From: Paramoeba atlantica | Lineage: Eukaryota; Protista; Discosea | NCBI GenBank assembly: GCA_977017575.1 | Contig: CDRNVI010000012.1 | Location: forward strand, 806,001 to 870,000 | Length of the DNA: 64,000 bases | Direction of reading: 5' to 3' | Shown here: piece by piece, positions 55,101 to 64,000 of the stretch | Position numbering within the stretch: the first letter of the stretch is position 1 | Layout of the letters: each line of letters opens with the position of its first letter | Notes under the pieces: generated by a model | Seen by the model: the letters and a program-made list of their open reading frames with translations, nothing else | The model's database searches: none | What the model was told of the DNA's origin: nothing | Translations under genes and position numbers: made by a program

Positions 55101-57208
55101 AGAAGATACTTTTGATTGTGCTTCGAAACATCGATAGCGCCGAATGGTCCGTGCGTAATAGCTGTCTCATGGTACACGGCCAGCTTGTTTCCAGGATCGC
55201 GGGGGATCAAAAAGCGCATCGCAGTCTTACGTATTCACAATTTCAGGTACGCTACCCTGGCGTCGTTTCTCACCTACTAAATTTTTTATATCAGTGTAGC
55301 AGAGATACCGCGTTCTTATTTCTTTTGTTGTTTTCAACCCTTTCGACTTGCTGCACGCAGGCGAGAACAACTTCAACCAATTCCATGTTAGAAGCCTTAT
55401 TCCCTCACCTGGGCTCTCCACACCAACTTGTACGCATGAAAGCCGCGGAAGTTATGCCATGTCTCATTGGTAGTGAAAAGGAAAGGGACACAATCATAAA
55501 ACGACTGCTATCACTCCTTAACAGCTCAAACAAGAATAATCAACTACACGGTGTTCTCCTTGCCCTAACTCAATTACGCGTCTTCGTTCCTTTGAATTGG
55601 CACACGCTAACCTTGCACGTGGATAAATGCAGACTGAGAAGGCTTACAAGAATCTCCAAAAGAGGAGACATGCGTTGCCATCTTGATCAACTCTCTATTG
55701 AACCCAAAGTGAGACATCCTACAACAGGGTGCAGTCCTACCGTAGCCACGCAGGCACTACACCTACTCGACGCGATTCTTTCGAGAGAAGAATCCCCCGA
55801 GGGTCGTGTCTTTTTATGTGATCTTTATCTACACAACCTACACGCAATAGCGACACACGCGACGCTCGACCACTGCGGTACGGTTCCTGCGGATTATGAT
55901 GCCTATGTGGTCGGCAACCTGTTTGGGGGCCTGCGAGGGTTGAAGCTTTTGCCCTACGCCACTTATGAACAGGAAGAGACAGAGAAATGTATTCTTACGT
56001 GTTTGTCGTACGTAATGCAAAGCAACGCGCCCGTCTCGAGAGAGGACTATTCAGTACTATGGCTGTATTTTGACTCCTTACCCATACGTGTACAATTATC
56101 TCAGTGTGTGGATTGTATGTGGTGTTGGCAGTGTCTTCGAGCGGGCTACACGAAATTTCCTAAATATCTCAAGACGGACATTGCCAAGGCGTCACCTTTA
56201 ACCCGTGCGATGTTGAGACTCTTCAAGGGTGAAGAAGATATCTGCGTGCTTCCTTACGAAACAAAGAGCTCCTTGCTACAACTCGCGGCACTTGCAAGAG
56301 CCACCGGTGTCACCCTCCCAGGAGTTTCGCCTTCCTCCTGTGAGACGCTTTGTGTGAAATGGTGCTCGGATGATTTTCCCCTCCCGCTTCGCATGTCCGC
56401 ATGCGAGGCGCTTGTACTGTTAAGTCAAGAAGAGGGGAAACCGGATGGTTATTTTAACCGGCCCGCCTGTGAGGGTTTTGTACAACTTCTCACCGATGAG
56501 ACGGAGTGCGTTCGCCAGGCCGCATCTCGTGCCGTATTCACCAAAGGCTCCTACATCGCTGTGGACCAAACTGTACCCCAGAGTGACGGGGACAACCTCC
56601 ACGCGTATGGTGTAACCGGCGTCATGGGTTTCCCCACAGCACAGGTAGAGGTGGCCTTGGAGCACCATTTCTACAACATGCTCGTTTCTAAGGTGTGGGA
56701 ACACCAGGAGTGTAAGCTACTTCAGAAACTGATACCGCAACCATCGATCTTTGCTCCATCTGTAAAAGAGGATGTCATCTTTGACGCCGAACCTATGAAT
56801 ATGTATCGAGAGGATACGCAACTTGCGCAGTTTTATACCTCCATCGTACGATGTGCGCTTTCGAGGGGGGCAAAGGGGCGACACGCCGATCTTGTTGATT
56901 TTCTTGACCTCACCTTTAAGGAGTGGGGAGCGTATCTTGCACAAAATGCCTTTCATGTACCCTACGGTGCGACCTTTTTATGGGCAGAACCGTGGAATAT
57001 AGTGTATCGACTACTTCTCCTGGCCTGGAGCACTTCTGCGATAACTCCCATGAGTGCTCTTCTTTCCCATTTGCCGTTGGATGAGGCGCAAGTTCTGCAA
57101 GAACCACACTTGGCCGTTTTGTGGAATCGTCGTGAAAACTGTGACGTGAGGGACGCGCTATTTTTGCTTTCCGAGCACTACCATAGTAGGCTTAGAGGGA
57201 TAGAGTAG
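52112..57208 (+). CDS. THADA: THADA/Trm732-like armadillo protein (DUF2428), partner of tRNA 2'-O-methyltransferase
   Basis: IDCRGH, NAWLAVKE, TKHNG, RRSQGLP and WSVRNSCLM motifs; 1698 aa, intronless. Confidence 0.85.
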   Translation: MVMHSVSVEDCSVLKRLGQRLTHSSLIESESFEPDLDEILKFLFSARTRALHKHVYVLIERLSEELGLQRYIVKKFSNALDHFLGETATLLSSSALHHELQETFSDLDSLLSPCKPVFDFVLDSKVFSILSCLKHFTLIRAQADAMHCFCSFSSEKSTLLGSFLRVLNSAVQLGRNRLEKTRRENSELFLQEFSPFLCLLQSVSQCRVSVSRQHVHCAAMIYSLLLPPWVAIDTGKFLRVHSNDARVEMSERVHCPTNVTTRDWKDIFIAQSLTAVQCWTQSFTFSSQIALMKGCIALHKLTKDACAYVECIVTCLQNPDLDASMRFTTLQAVELIFKRMVASDTSLLSALTLRDITTALLDLWEESGGASTPTFRNVAFSLCERLDQANVNTPRHFMQTMTKLTVVHRGRFSVLSILGERYGMKRLLEEDSTLLETSISVMSKAKFAHSVGEFLVTSLRGSDEMSRAVLSGLDTATISDTTLLHLTMHLFLPLSANSPDLMKLILLKLSEKPFAYFRFACHLINKRLSVFCLIRQMTGSVLWGEGLVNSDFRVRMDCMNTFVRYFGRERSAISTILQRNIRQDDSSHRNVWIIALKKWSLSSQDLERYLYYELHRQQFPGNSLDSRLTYLHCGLHFTNSIKSSENHISFMFASLLEGWDRVRNDAFHILCEQKLHQCHFDSAVKWAQIEGFNSVVRKRSEAACMILYLADRFMTDSSCTSCRHEERICSLLQDISFDIGKVAKFSKFGVHANLTWIRLLIRYTKRTSFSSDVINNVITASSSVLNACTSLLSNVTETEDLCNPSRDSFIDCRGHVIIDGLTNLEQRHIITNAWLAVKEVCELLDEVYNVSEIITYEASKRALTELSNALLQTKHNGIMFKSRQSLSVLATSLLRHSGCTLVLNLMQDLLGAKGVRSMNESRILRRSQGLPHAIVGLLEAEDASKPRCLLSMAMDVFFEITCEDTEVVQQHVVSALHVVKFILESSILRESTTIYLEKILLIVLRNIDSAEWSVRNSCLMVHGQLVSRIAGDQKAHRSLTYSQFQVRYPGVVSHLLNFLYQCSRDTAFLFLLLFSTLSTCCTQARTTSTNSMLEALFPHLGSPHQLVRMKAAEVMPCLIGSEKERDTIIKRLLSLLNSSNKNNQLHGVLLALTQLRVFVPLNWHTLTLHVDKCRLRRLTRISKRGDMRCHLDQLSIEPKVRHPTTGCSPTVATQALHLLDAILSREESPEGRVFLCDLYLHNLHAIATHATLDHCGTVPADYDAYVVGNLFGGLRGLKLLPYATYEQEETEKCILTCLSYVMQSNAPVSREDYSVLWLYFDSLPIRVQLSQCVDCMWCWQCLRAGYTKFPKYLKTDIAKASPLTRAMLRLFKGEEDICVLPYETKSSLLQLAALARATGVTLPGVSPSSCETLCVKWCSDDFPLPLRMSACEALVLLSQEEGKPDGYFNRPACEGFVQLLTDETECVRQAASRAVFTKGSYIAVDQTVPQSDGDNLHAYGVTGVMGFPTAQVEVALEHHFYNMLVSKVWEHQECKLLQKLIPQPSIFAPSVKEDVIFDAEPMNMYREDTQLAQFYTSIVRCALSRGAKGRHADLVDFLDLTFKEWGAYLAQNAFHVPYGATFLWAEPWNIVYRLLLLAWSTSAITPMSALLSHLPLDEAQVLQEPHLAVLWNRRENCDVRDALFLLSEHYHSRLRGIE

Positions 57209-57392
57209 GCTCAGTCGTCAAGTAACTAAAATTACGTTAACAGGACTCGACTAAATTTGTTTTTCAGGATTGAACTATTGTATTCATGAAATAGGATTAA
57301 TACATATGCCCAGCCAACTTGTTGCCCTATCATTTCATCTCAAAAAGTGAACCAACAACGGGTTTTGATTCCCCCTTTCTATCCCCTTTTCC

Positions 57393-58460
57393 ATGCCGCC
57401 CCGTCCCGTTATCCTCCACAAAGCGTACCCCCCGTTACGACGTCTCCTCCTCACCGAGCTTCGCACTCTCCTCCCCGCCCCCACCTCACACCTCCGGTAC
57501 CTACGACACCTCATGGACTACAACCTTCTAGGGGGCAAAGGTCTCCGGGGAGGTCTCCTGATCGAAACCTTTCAAAGTCTTATTTCTGCCAAACAGCCAC
57601 GAAAACCGTTTCATTCCCCCCCGGGCTGCCCCGCTGCGGCACTCAGCTGCGCGTGGGCGATTGAGTTTCTCCAGGCCAGCTTCCTGGTCGCGGATGACAT
57701 CATGGACGGGGGCAGGCTGCGGCGGGGGAAGCCCTGCTGGTACCGTCTGCCCGATGTCGGGACCCCGGCTGCCATCAACGATGGGCTGGTGCTGCAAGGC
57801 ATGATGTGGCGGTTGCTGGAAAATGGACTCCACCGTCACCCCCGGAGGGGTGAAATTATGGCAGCGTTTCAGAAAGCATTTTACGCCACGACGCTGGGGC
57901 AGTTTTTGGATGTGCAGGTCGCGAAAAAAGGATCACGAACCGGGGGGTCGCTGCCGTCGTTTACGTTGGCGACCTACCGTAGGATGGTTCGTCTCAAGAC
58001 GGCGTATTATACCGTGTGGTTACCGTTTGTTGTGGCGTTGTCCTTAGGTGAGACCCGTGTCTCCTCTCAGACCATACAACAGCTTTCGCTCCTGATAGGG
58101 GAGTTTTTCCAAATACAAGATGATTTCTTAGACTGTTTTGGGGTCAAGGAAAAGACGGGAAAAACGGGCAATGACATTCCGGAGGGGAAGTGCACCTGGC
58201 TCGCGGTGAGGTTCCTGGCATTGGCGAAAGCGAATGAAACCGACAGAAACCGTTTCTATGCACACTATGGTAGAAAAAGATCTCATTCCGTAAGTTGCAT
58301 TCGAAAGTTGTACGAGAAGTATGACATGCCTCGCCACTATTTCGTGTTACAAAATCGTTTAAATCGAAAAGTTCACCAAATTCTTGCTCAAATTCGTTGT
58401 AAAACGTTTAAGGATACGGTAGAGACATTTTGGAGAAAGTTACTGAGTCGATCGAAATGA
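57393..58460 (+). CDS. FPPS: Farnesyl diphosphate synthase
   Basis: GGKGLRG, FLVADDIMD..RRGKPCWY, AINDG, KTAYY, FFQIQDDFLD and GKCTWL motifs. Confidence 0.95.
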   Translation: MPPRPVILHKAYPPLRRLLLTELRTLLPAPTSHLRYLRHLMDYNLLGGKGLRGGLLIETFQSLISAKQPRKPFHSPPGCPAAALSCAWAIEFLQASFLVADDIMDGGRLRRGKPCWYRLPDVGTPAAINDGLVLQGMMWRLLENGLHRHPRRGEIMAAFQKAFYATTLGQFLDVQVAKKGSRTGGSLPSFTLATYRRMVRLKTAYYTVWLPFVVALSLGETRVSSQTIQQLSLLIGEFFQIQDDFLDCFGVKEKTGKTGNDIPEGKCTWLAVRFLALAKANETDRNRFYAHYGRKRSHSVSCIRKLYEKYDMPRHYFVLQNRLNRKVHQILAQIRCKTFKDTVETFWRKLLSRSK

Positions 58461-58619
58461 ACGACATAGACGCGAATTGGTTCTCTGGTGTTGACAGGCA
58501 CAGTATTGCTGTCGAAAAAAGTATCCTCTTTCTTTCTTCTTTATAATATGTGTTTATCGTATGTGATCCTAGGAGCAGTCTATCTTCTCTCAAATAAGCT
58601 TCTTTAATATTTTATTCTC

Positions 58620-59381
58620 ATGTGTGATGCCGATGGCGTTGATTCTAATTTGGGATCCCTTTTCTACATAGAGGAGCCTGCGACTACGTACAGTCCAGTA
58701 GAGCACACGTATTGTCTCCAAGGCACCGATATGACGTTGCGCCTAACAACAGAGACACGGCACCACAGTTTATGGGGCCACATGTTATGGAACGCAAGTC
58801 GCGAAACATCAAACTACCTTTCCAAATTAGGAAATGAATTACGTGGTAAATCTGTGGTCGAATTGGGGGCCGGACTGGGACTCCCTTCTCTTGTGGCCCA
58901 ACACTGTGGGGCATGGCCCGTAGTAGCCACTGAATATCCAGAAGCAGTTCTTCTGAACAGATTACGACAAAATGCAGATAGTAATGCGCGAGATAGCGTA
59001 AAGATGCTCGTTGAACCTCTACTTTGGGGCGACGCTGAACAATTGGAGAAGGTTCTCGCCCATACGAATGGAAATAAATTTGATTTTGTAATTCTTGCAG
59101 ATCTCGTTTTTCAGCATTTTTGTCACGATGTTCTGGCGAAATCTATTGCACAGTTGCTCGCGGTGGGTGGTGTAGCGATATGTGCATTTACTCATCACAA
59201 TCCTAGAAAAGCGCACAAAGATATGTTGTTTTTTCAGAAGCATTTACCTGAAAGTACTCTTAATAGTCACTTTGTAAGTTCATCAACCTATCCGGCGATG
59301 TTTCCATCGGATGATGGCGATCTGAAAATGCGGAGCACGGTTCATCTTTATGAAATCCGGCACAAGATAGAATCCGAATAA
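58620..59381 (+). CDS. EFM7: EFM7/NNT1-like class I SAM-dependent protein methyltransferase
   Basis: SLWGHMLWNAS, VVELGAGLGLPSLV, DFVILADLVF and FTHHNP...DMLFF motifs. Confidence 0.8.
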   Translation: MCDADGVDSNLGSLFYIEEPATTYSPVEHTYCLQGTDMTLRLTTETRHHSLWGHMLWNASRETSNYLSKLGNELRGKSVVELGAGLGLPSLVAQHCGAWPVVATEYPEAVLLNRLRQNADSNARDSVKMLVEPLLWGDAEQLEKVLAHTNGNKFDFVILADLVFQHFCHDVLAKSIAQLLAVGGVAICAFTHHNPRKAHKDMLFFQKHLPESTLNSHFVSSSTYPAMFPSDDGDLKMRSTVHLYEIRHKIESE

Positions 59382-59599
59382 TCAATTTTATTGGTGAAAG
59401 GGGACTTTTTTCCCCCGAAAAAAACCTGATTTTTTTTCATGGTGGTTTCTCAAACAAAATTTCAGTATTATCCAAGCGAGTGTTTAAGCATCATACTTTT
59501 GCTACTTACACGACTCCGCTCTATCATTTTTCCTTGCACAGGCTGTAAAATGTATGACAGTATCACTTTTTGTAGTTGGGAACCTTGGATGACGTCATG

Positions 59600-60250
59600 C
59601 TAGAAGCCGTACGATGTGAATTGAGGAGTTCTTGTAATCCGCTGTTTAAGGAATTTGAAATTATTGTCCAGGCTCAGAACACGGGCCCCGTGTTCCAGTA
59701 AATCACCAAATCTGGGCCAGAACGATGCAAATGTTTTCCTGGACAGACCTTGTGATGCCACGGTTCGTTGCTGATGTTGACAATGCTTCGGCAAGTAAGG
59801 CAGGTCCACGTGCTAAGGGATCGTTGTTCCCTTTCGCACGGGATTCCCGCTTTTAGACACATTTCATGAAGGAAGCGCACCAAAGCATTGTGTTTCGAAG
59901 TAGCGTTGAAGCCTGAACAACGTACGCAACCGGGAATGTGAGTTAGAATGTCCTTGCTGTTGAAGGTTGCTTCACACCCGGGACATCGAACGTGCTTCGG
60001 GAGGTTCGGATGTGAGATGCCTAAACGAGGCATGACTGCTAATTCGAAGTACGGAGTTGCAACATAACGAGCGTTAGAGGTGAGCCAGTCGGAGTTTTCT
60101 CGATGCGAGGTAGCCTTTAGTATCGATTCGAATTCTGGATCGGCCATTAACGCTACTCGTTTCGCGTCGTGTAGGAGATCGGCTGAGGTGGCATCATCGG
60201 TGGGCGGAGGTTGTACGCTGTTTTTATCTTCGAGAATATTGGATTGAGCT
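59600..60250 (-). pseudogene. Family A CRE 3' fragment (CCHC and RLE), antisense within the gene run
   Basis: LAVMPRLG, CPGC...HIPGCVRC...SKHNAL, CEREQR, inserted CLTC...H...C and RSGPDLVIYW. Confidence 0.85.
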
Positions 60251-60712
60251 GAAGAGGAAATTTCGAGCTCAAATGCCAAATGTCTAGAAGAGAGGTATGC
60301 AGCAGCACGTGTCGGATGGCAGGCAATTACGTTACATACATGCATATGGGTTAAAGCAGAACATTGGGAGCTATCGGACCCCAATTTTCACAAAGGTCAC
60401 GACGGGAAAGAATGTCAATATCACGGTTTTCAAATAAGGTGCGATATATATTATTTACCACGTGAATTGCACAACTGTTTTCACCAGAACCTTGCTGCGG
60501 ACAACACATTAAATACGGCGAAGAGTCCGTTTTAAAAATGTTCACATAGACGATCTTTAAATTGAAGGGAATGATGGAGGGGATAACGAGCTCCGTCTCC
60601 TGTTTTCCAATTTTGGTCGTAGAACTCCACGCAACACCATTAGCCTAAAAGCAGAACAGAAAAAAATTGAAGTTTCGCTTCTAATTTTGTAAATTTTTCA
60701 TTTTGTTTAGAA

Positions 60713-60817
60713 GCGACAGATAAGTAGGGGGGATCGACGAAAAAAAATATTCGAAGGGCCGAAAAGCGACAGATAACTAGGGGGGTGGGGGGTGACAGAT
60801 AACTAGGGGGGGTACAG
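60713..60817. mobile_element. Orphan DNA-transposon end with three gacagataaStagggggg repeats
   Basis: Ends ...ggggggtacag followed by TA; same family as 23304 and 63516. Confidence 0.6.
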
Positions 60818-60910
60818 TAATAGTGCTTCGAATCGTACTGTACATTTTATAGATTAATATTGGAAATTTATTGCCTTTATCTATTTATCCATGGAGTCTA
60901 ATCACACAAG

Positions 60911-61264
60911 ATGCTTGTAGGAGCGCAAATTCGATCTAAGCTGCACAGACCTCGTGCACTGGAAGCAACAAAATCCATGGCACGAAGCAAGCAGGTTGCC
61001 TTGCACGCTCGAATTTGTTACGGAAAAAGAGTTGACGCTCAGAGATTACGAAAAGAACATACTTTTCTCATGGACAACAATCAGCTTGCATTTCGCTACC
61101 AACGAGATGTTCACCAGCATCGCATTGCAGATCTTCGCAAAGGACACTCTAGAGACCCAAACAAAGGAAAAGATATTCTTGATCACTTTGCCGCAATTGA
61201 GGCAAAAAAGCAAATCATGAAACAACGGAATAGATCCTTGTACAGCGGAATTTATCCAAGATAG
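60911..61264 (+). CDS. Hypothetical small basic protein (alternative start at 60977)
   Basis: 117-aa ORF on the same strand as neighbouring genes; no recognised motif. Confidence 0.4.
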   Translation: MLVGAQIRSKLHRPRALEATKSMARSKQVALHARICYGKRVDAQRLRKEHTFLMDNNQLAFRYQRDVHQHRIADLRKGHSRDPNKGKDILDHFAAIEAKKQIMKQRNRSLYSGIYPR

Positions 61265-61379
61265 CTCTGAACTTCGTTATCCATTCGTAAAACGCATCCC
61301 GGAGTTTGGAACTAATCATCATTTAACTGCTTACTTTAGGCTGCATACATATCGATTGTCTATCCACCACGTTTTCTCA

Positions 61380-61573
61380 GCCACATCGTTTTTGTCACAT
61401 GATTTTCTTATTTTCTTATTTCCACGAACTCTACCCTTTTCTCTGTACGAAAACTTTTTCTCCCCTCCCCTTTCTGCTCCCCTCCTACTCTGTATCCCCT
61501 TTCCACCCCTCCATTACTCCAACACCACCACCTCCCTCCCCAGTAGTTCTTTTCTCATCTCCTTCTCCCTCCC
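61380..61573 (+). promoter_or_regulatory. Polypyrimidine tract and candidate trans-splice acceptor upstream of RACK1
   Basis: Long C/T tract with AG dinucleotides about 30 nt before the ATG. Confidence 0.55.
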
Positions 61574-62533
61574 ATGTCCGACGGCCACTTCACCTACGAC
61601 GGTGTCCTCCGTGGCCACCGCGGCTGGGTCACCGCCCTCGCCGCCCCCTCCACCCGCAACGACACCCTCCTCTCCGCCTCCCGCGACACCACCGTCCTCC
61701 GCTGGACCACGACCAACACCTCCCGCGACCCCTCCGAGCCCCACGCCCTCCCGGCGAAGCGCCTCGAGGGCCACAGCGGGTTCATCCAGGACCTCGCGCT
61801 CTCCTCCACCGGGGACTACGCCCTCAGCGCCTCCTGGGACACCACGCTGCGGCTGTGGTCGACGAGCACCGGGGCCTGCGCCCGCGTCTTCCGCGGCCAC
61901 ACCAAGGACGCCCTCTCCGTCGCCTTCTCCCCCGACGACAAGCAGGTCGTCAGCGGGGGCCGCGACCACCGCCTCAAGGTGTGGAACGTCGACGGCGCGT
62001 GCATGTACACCTTCGCCGACCGCGCCCACACCGACTGGGTCAACGCCGTGCGGTTCAGCCCCCGCGCGGAGAGCCCCTTCATCGTGAGCGCCGGGGCGGA
62101 CCACCTGGTGAAGCTGTGGTCCGTGAACCCCTTCCGCCACGCCATGGACTTCGAGGGCCACGACGGGTACGTCAGCACCGTCGCGGTCTCCCCGGACGGG
62201 TCGCTGTGCGCGAGTGGGGGGAAGGACGGGGTCACGATGCTGTGGGACCTCAGCACGGGGTCGCACCTGTACCAGCTCGAGGCCGGGGAGGTGATCCACG
62301 CCCTCACGTTCTCCCCGAACCGGTACTGGCTGTGTGCCGCCACGGAGAGCTGTATTCGGATTTGGGATTTGGAGTCGAAGAAGGCCGTCGCGGAGCTTGC
62401 CCCGCCCTGCCCCACGATGAGTCGTAAGGCACTGAAGCCGGAGTGTATCTCGTTGACGTGGTCCGCGGATGGCAACACGCTGTACACGGGACACACCGAC
62501 AACACCATCCATGTCTTTGGGGTACGTGAGTGA
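61574..62533 (+). CDS. RACK1: RACK1 / LACK-like 7-WD40 ribosomal scaffold protein
   Basis: LRGHRGWVT, LEGHSGF, SASWD, GHTKD, TVAVSPDGSLCASGGKDG, FSPNRYWLCAA and WSADGNTLY motifs. Confidence 0.97.
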   Translation: MSDGHFTYDGVLRGHRGWVTALAAPSTRNDTLLSASRDTTVLRWTTTNTSRDPSEPHALPAKRLEGHSGFIQDLALSSTGDYALSASWDTTLRLWSTSTGACARVFRGHTKDALSVAFSPDDKQVVSGGRDHRLKVWNVDGACMYTFADRAHTDWVNAVRFSPRAESPFIVSAGADHLVKLWSVNPFRHAMDFEGHDGYVSTVAVSPDGSLCASGGKDGVTMLWDLSTGSHLYQLEAGEVIHALTFSPNRYWLCAATESCIRIWDLESKKAVAELAPPCPTMSRKALKPECISLTWSADGNTLYTGHTDNTIHVFGVRE

Positions 62534-62720
62534 GAAGAAAGTAAATGTTGAGGTAAAGTCGAAGGGAGAAGTTTTAGGTGATAAAGTAAGCGAAGGAAGT
62601 GGAAATAAAGGATGTTTGTCAGAAATCGTCGTTTGCGGAGTTTGAAATGGTATTGTTTCGTGTTGTAGTGGAAACTATCGTGTATGGTAAAATCTGTAAA
62701 CTTCTTTTTGTTTGTAAGCG

Positions 62721-62807
62721 ACGCAGCGATTAATCCCTGCAGTGTCCCAGTTACTGATTCATACCCAGTACTTCATGGACCTGCAGTTTCATAGCTTGCG
62801 GAGATTT
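62721..62807 (+). ncRNA. Single-hairpin H/ACA-like (AGA-box) snoRNA, copy 1; predicted LSU rRNA pseudouridylation guide
   Basis: Lower stem cgcag/cttgcg, upper stems ctgcag/ctgcag, gtcc/ggac and tactg/cagta. AGA lies 15 nt below the pocket. Pocket arms ttaatc and ttcat pair with conserved LSU AUGAA-UG-GAUUAA. Confidence 0.75.
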
Positions 62808-63029
62808 ATTGATCAGCGGTTTATACATGTGTCTACTTTTCACGCTTCAAGAAGATTACATGGAGAAGTATACCATGACTAGTACTTTCGTTTGAACCCA
62901 CCCATGTTGCGAGAAAGCAAGTGTGTGATGCTCGGCACTTGGGACCGCAGAGAGGATTTGATCTCACGAACGACTCTCCGGAGCGAGTGGACCTATCCCT
63001 TTCTATGATAATACGCATTTGTTTTTAAA

Positions 63030-63470
63030 CCCAAAATCCCCGCCCAGTTCGCGAGCGCTATTGAAGGCATTTTCGAGGTCCGCCGCTGCTGTGACATCCT
63101 GTGGTCTGTCGCTGAAATGGTCGTGCACCTCATGGACGATGTGCTCAGACTGGGTGCTTCGGACCCCAAAATTATAGGCCTTGTAAAAAGGTGGGCAGGT
63201 GTTCATGCACCCTTTCGAGGGTGAGAAGACCTGCCACCTTCAAAAGCAGGCCTTCATGGCGATGGGGCGATATGTGAAATGATGTCCCGAGTGATTCGCT
63301 CAGTTTGGAGAACATCTGCAGTAAATAGTTCACTCAGAGAGGGTAGGGTCAAAATCGTCAGGATGCCATGAATAATTCGAGTAATGCAGTCCCGGTGGCC
63401 GTCCTCCATAAGGATTGAAACCAGCAGCTCTTTGGTGCTAAGCCAGACTTGGCCAGCTGCTTGATCCCCA
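63030..63470 (-). pseudogene. Decayed RT fragment of the element B family
   Basis: LMEDGHRDCITRIIHGI, YRPIAM and AAADLENAFNS match element B; frameshifted. Confidence 0.75.
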
Positions 63471-63515
63471 CTCAGTATTCCCTTGCCGTAATACGTAAGC
63501 TAGTAGTATAAACTA

Positions 63516-63570
63516 CTGCACTCCCTAGCTATCTGTCACCAATTTTCGGAAAAGGTGACAGATAACTGAG
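63516..63570. mobile_element. Orphan DNA-transposon end (family of 23304 and 60817)
   Basis: TA followed by ctgcactccctagctatctgtcacc...ggtgacagataac. Confidence 0.6.
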
Positions 63571-63614
63571 TTTTTACCAATTCGTACTTCCTCTGCACTT
63601 CCAAAGTTGAAATG

Positions 63615-63701
63615 ACGCAGCGATTAATCCCTGCAGTGTCCCAGTTACTGATTCATACCCAGTACTTCATGGACCTGCAGTTTCATAGCTTGCGGAGATT
63701 T
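63615..63701 (+). ncRNA. H/ACA-like (AGA-box) snoRNA, identical copy 2
   Basis: 63614-63704 is identical to 62720-62810. Confidence 0.75.
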
Positions 63702-63848
63702 ATTAATCACACCCATAGGGTTTGTATCTACTGTAATTTGTATCTACTTTAATAATACATATCCTTTGTGTTATCCAAAACTCAACGAGGCATGACGTTC
63801 CTTACACTTTTCATTTGAACTCACCAATGCCACAAGAAGGCAAGTCCT

Positions 63849-64000
63849 ATGACTGCATGCGTGATGCTCCAAACATTAGACAACAGCGAGGACAGTGACT
63901 TCACGAGCGACTCACTCGAGCGGGTCGACGCTGTGCTGTACAGCACTACCGACACCTCCGAGCTCTTCGCGCAGGCCCGTTCACGGCCGTTCGAATGGGA
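63849..64000 (+). CDS. Possible 5' start of a gene running off the window
   Basis: ATG at 63849 with the frame open to the window end; no recognised motif. Confidence 0.25.
   Translation, partial: MTACVMLQTLDNSEDSDFTSDSLERVDAVLYSTTDTSELFAQARSRPFEW

Noticed and set aside
61399-62512. Overlapping 230-342-aa ORFs on and opposite RACK1
   Set aside because: Shadow ORFs caused by extreme GC3 in RACK1.
62720-63704. The 91-bp repeat as a long target-site duplication or LTR of the intervening RT relic
   Set aside because: The repeats are identical while the relic is heavily decayed, and the unit folds as an AGA-box snoRNA.

Overview
Eukaryotic genomic DNA, most likely from a kinetoplastid-like euglenozoan. 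This is an inference from intronless same-strand genes with polypyrimidine leaders, a spliced-leader-like 38-mer, single-hairpin AGA-box snoRNAs, and VIPER/TATE- and CRE-type retroelements. Bases 1 to about 50 kb are a dense nest of transposable elements. They include two degenerate tyrosine-recombinase (VIPER/TATE-like) retrotransposons with split direct repeats and about ten scrambled fragments plus one near-complete copy of a CRE-clade RT-RLE family (called family A here). Two near-intact tandem CRE-clade elements (B and C) sit inside a TA-flanked TIR element. There are also nested IS630/Tc1/mariner transposons, MITEs, satellites and one isolated phospholipid-synthesis gene. From 50.1 kb a + strand gene run follows (VID27, THADA, FPPS, EFM7-like, a hypothetical ORF, RACK1), then a duplicated H/ACA-like snoRNA. 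The strongest novelty candidates: (1) CRE element C begins with an SL-like exon and an ataxin-2/Pbp1-type LsmAD domain in frame with its RT-RLE ORF, separated by one TAA; (2) a four-copy stem-loop motif with covarying stems at 21.7-23.0 kb; (3) a 2A-like peptide at the front of CRE element B; (4) an open 707-aa DD48E transposase; (5) an inversion with 7-bp staggered-cut duplications at both ends. Family assignments come from motif recognition by eye, not from database searches.
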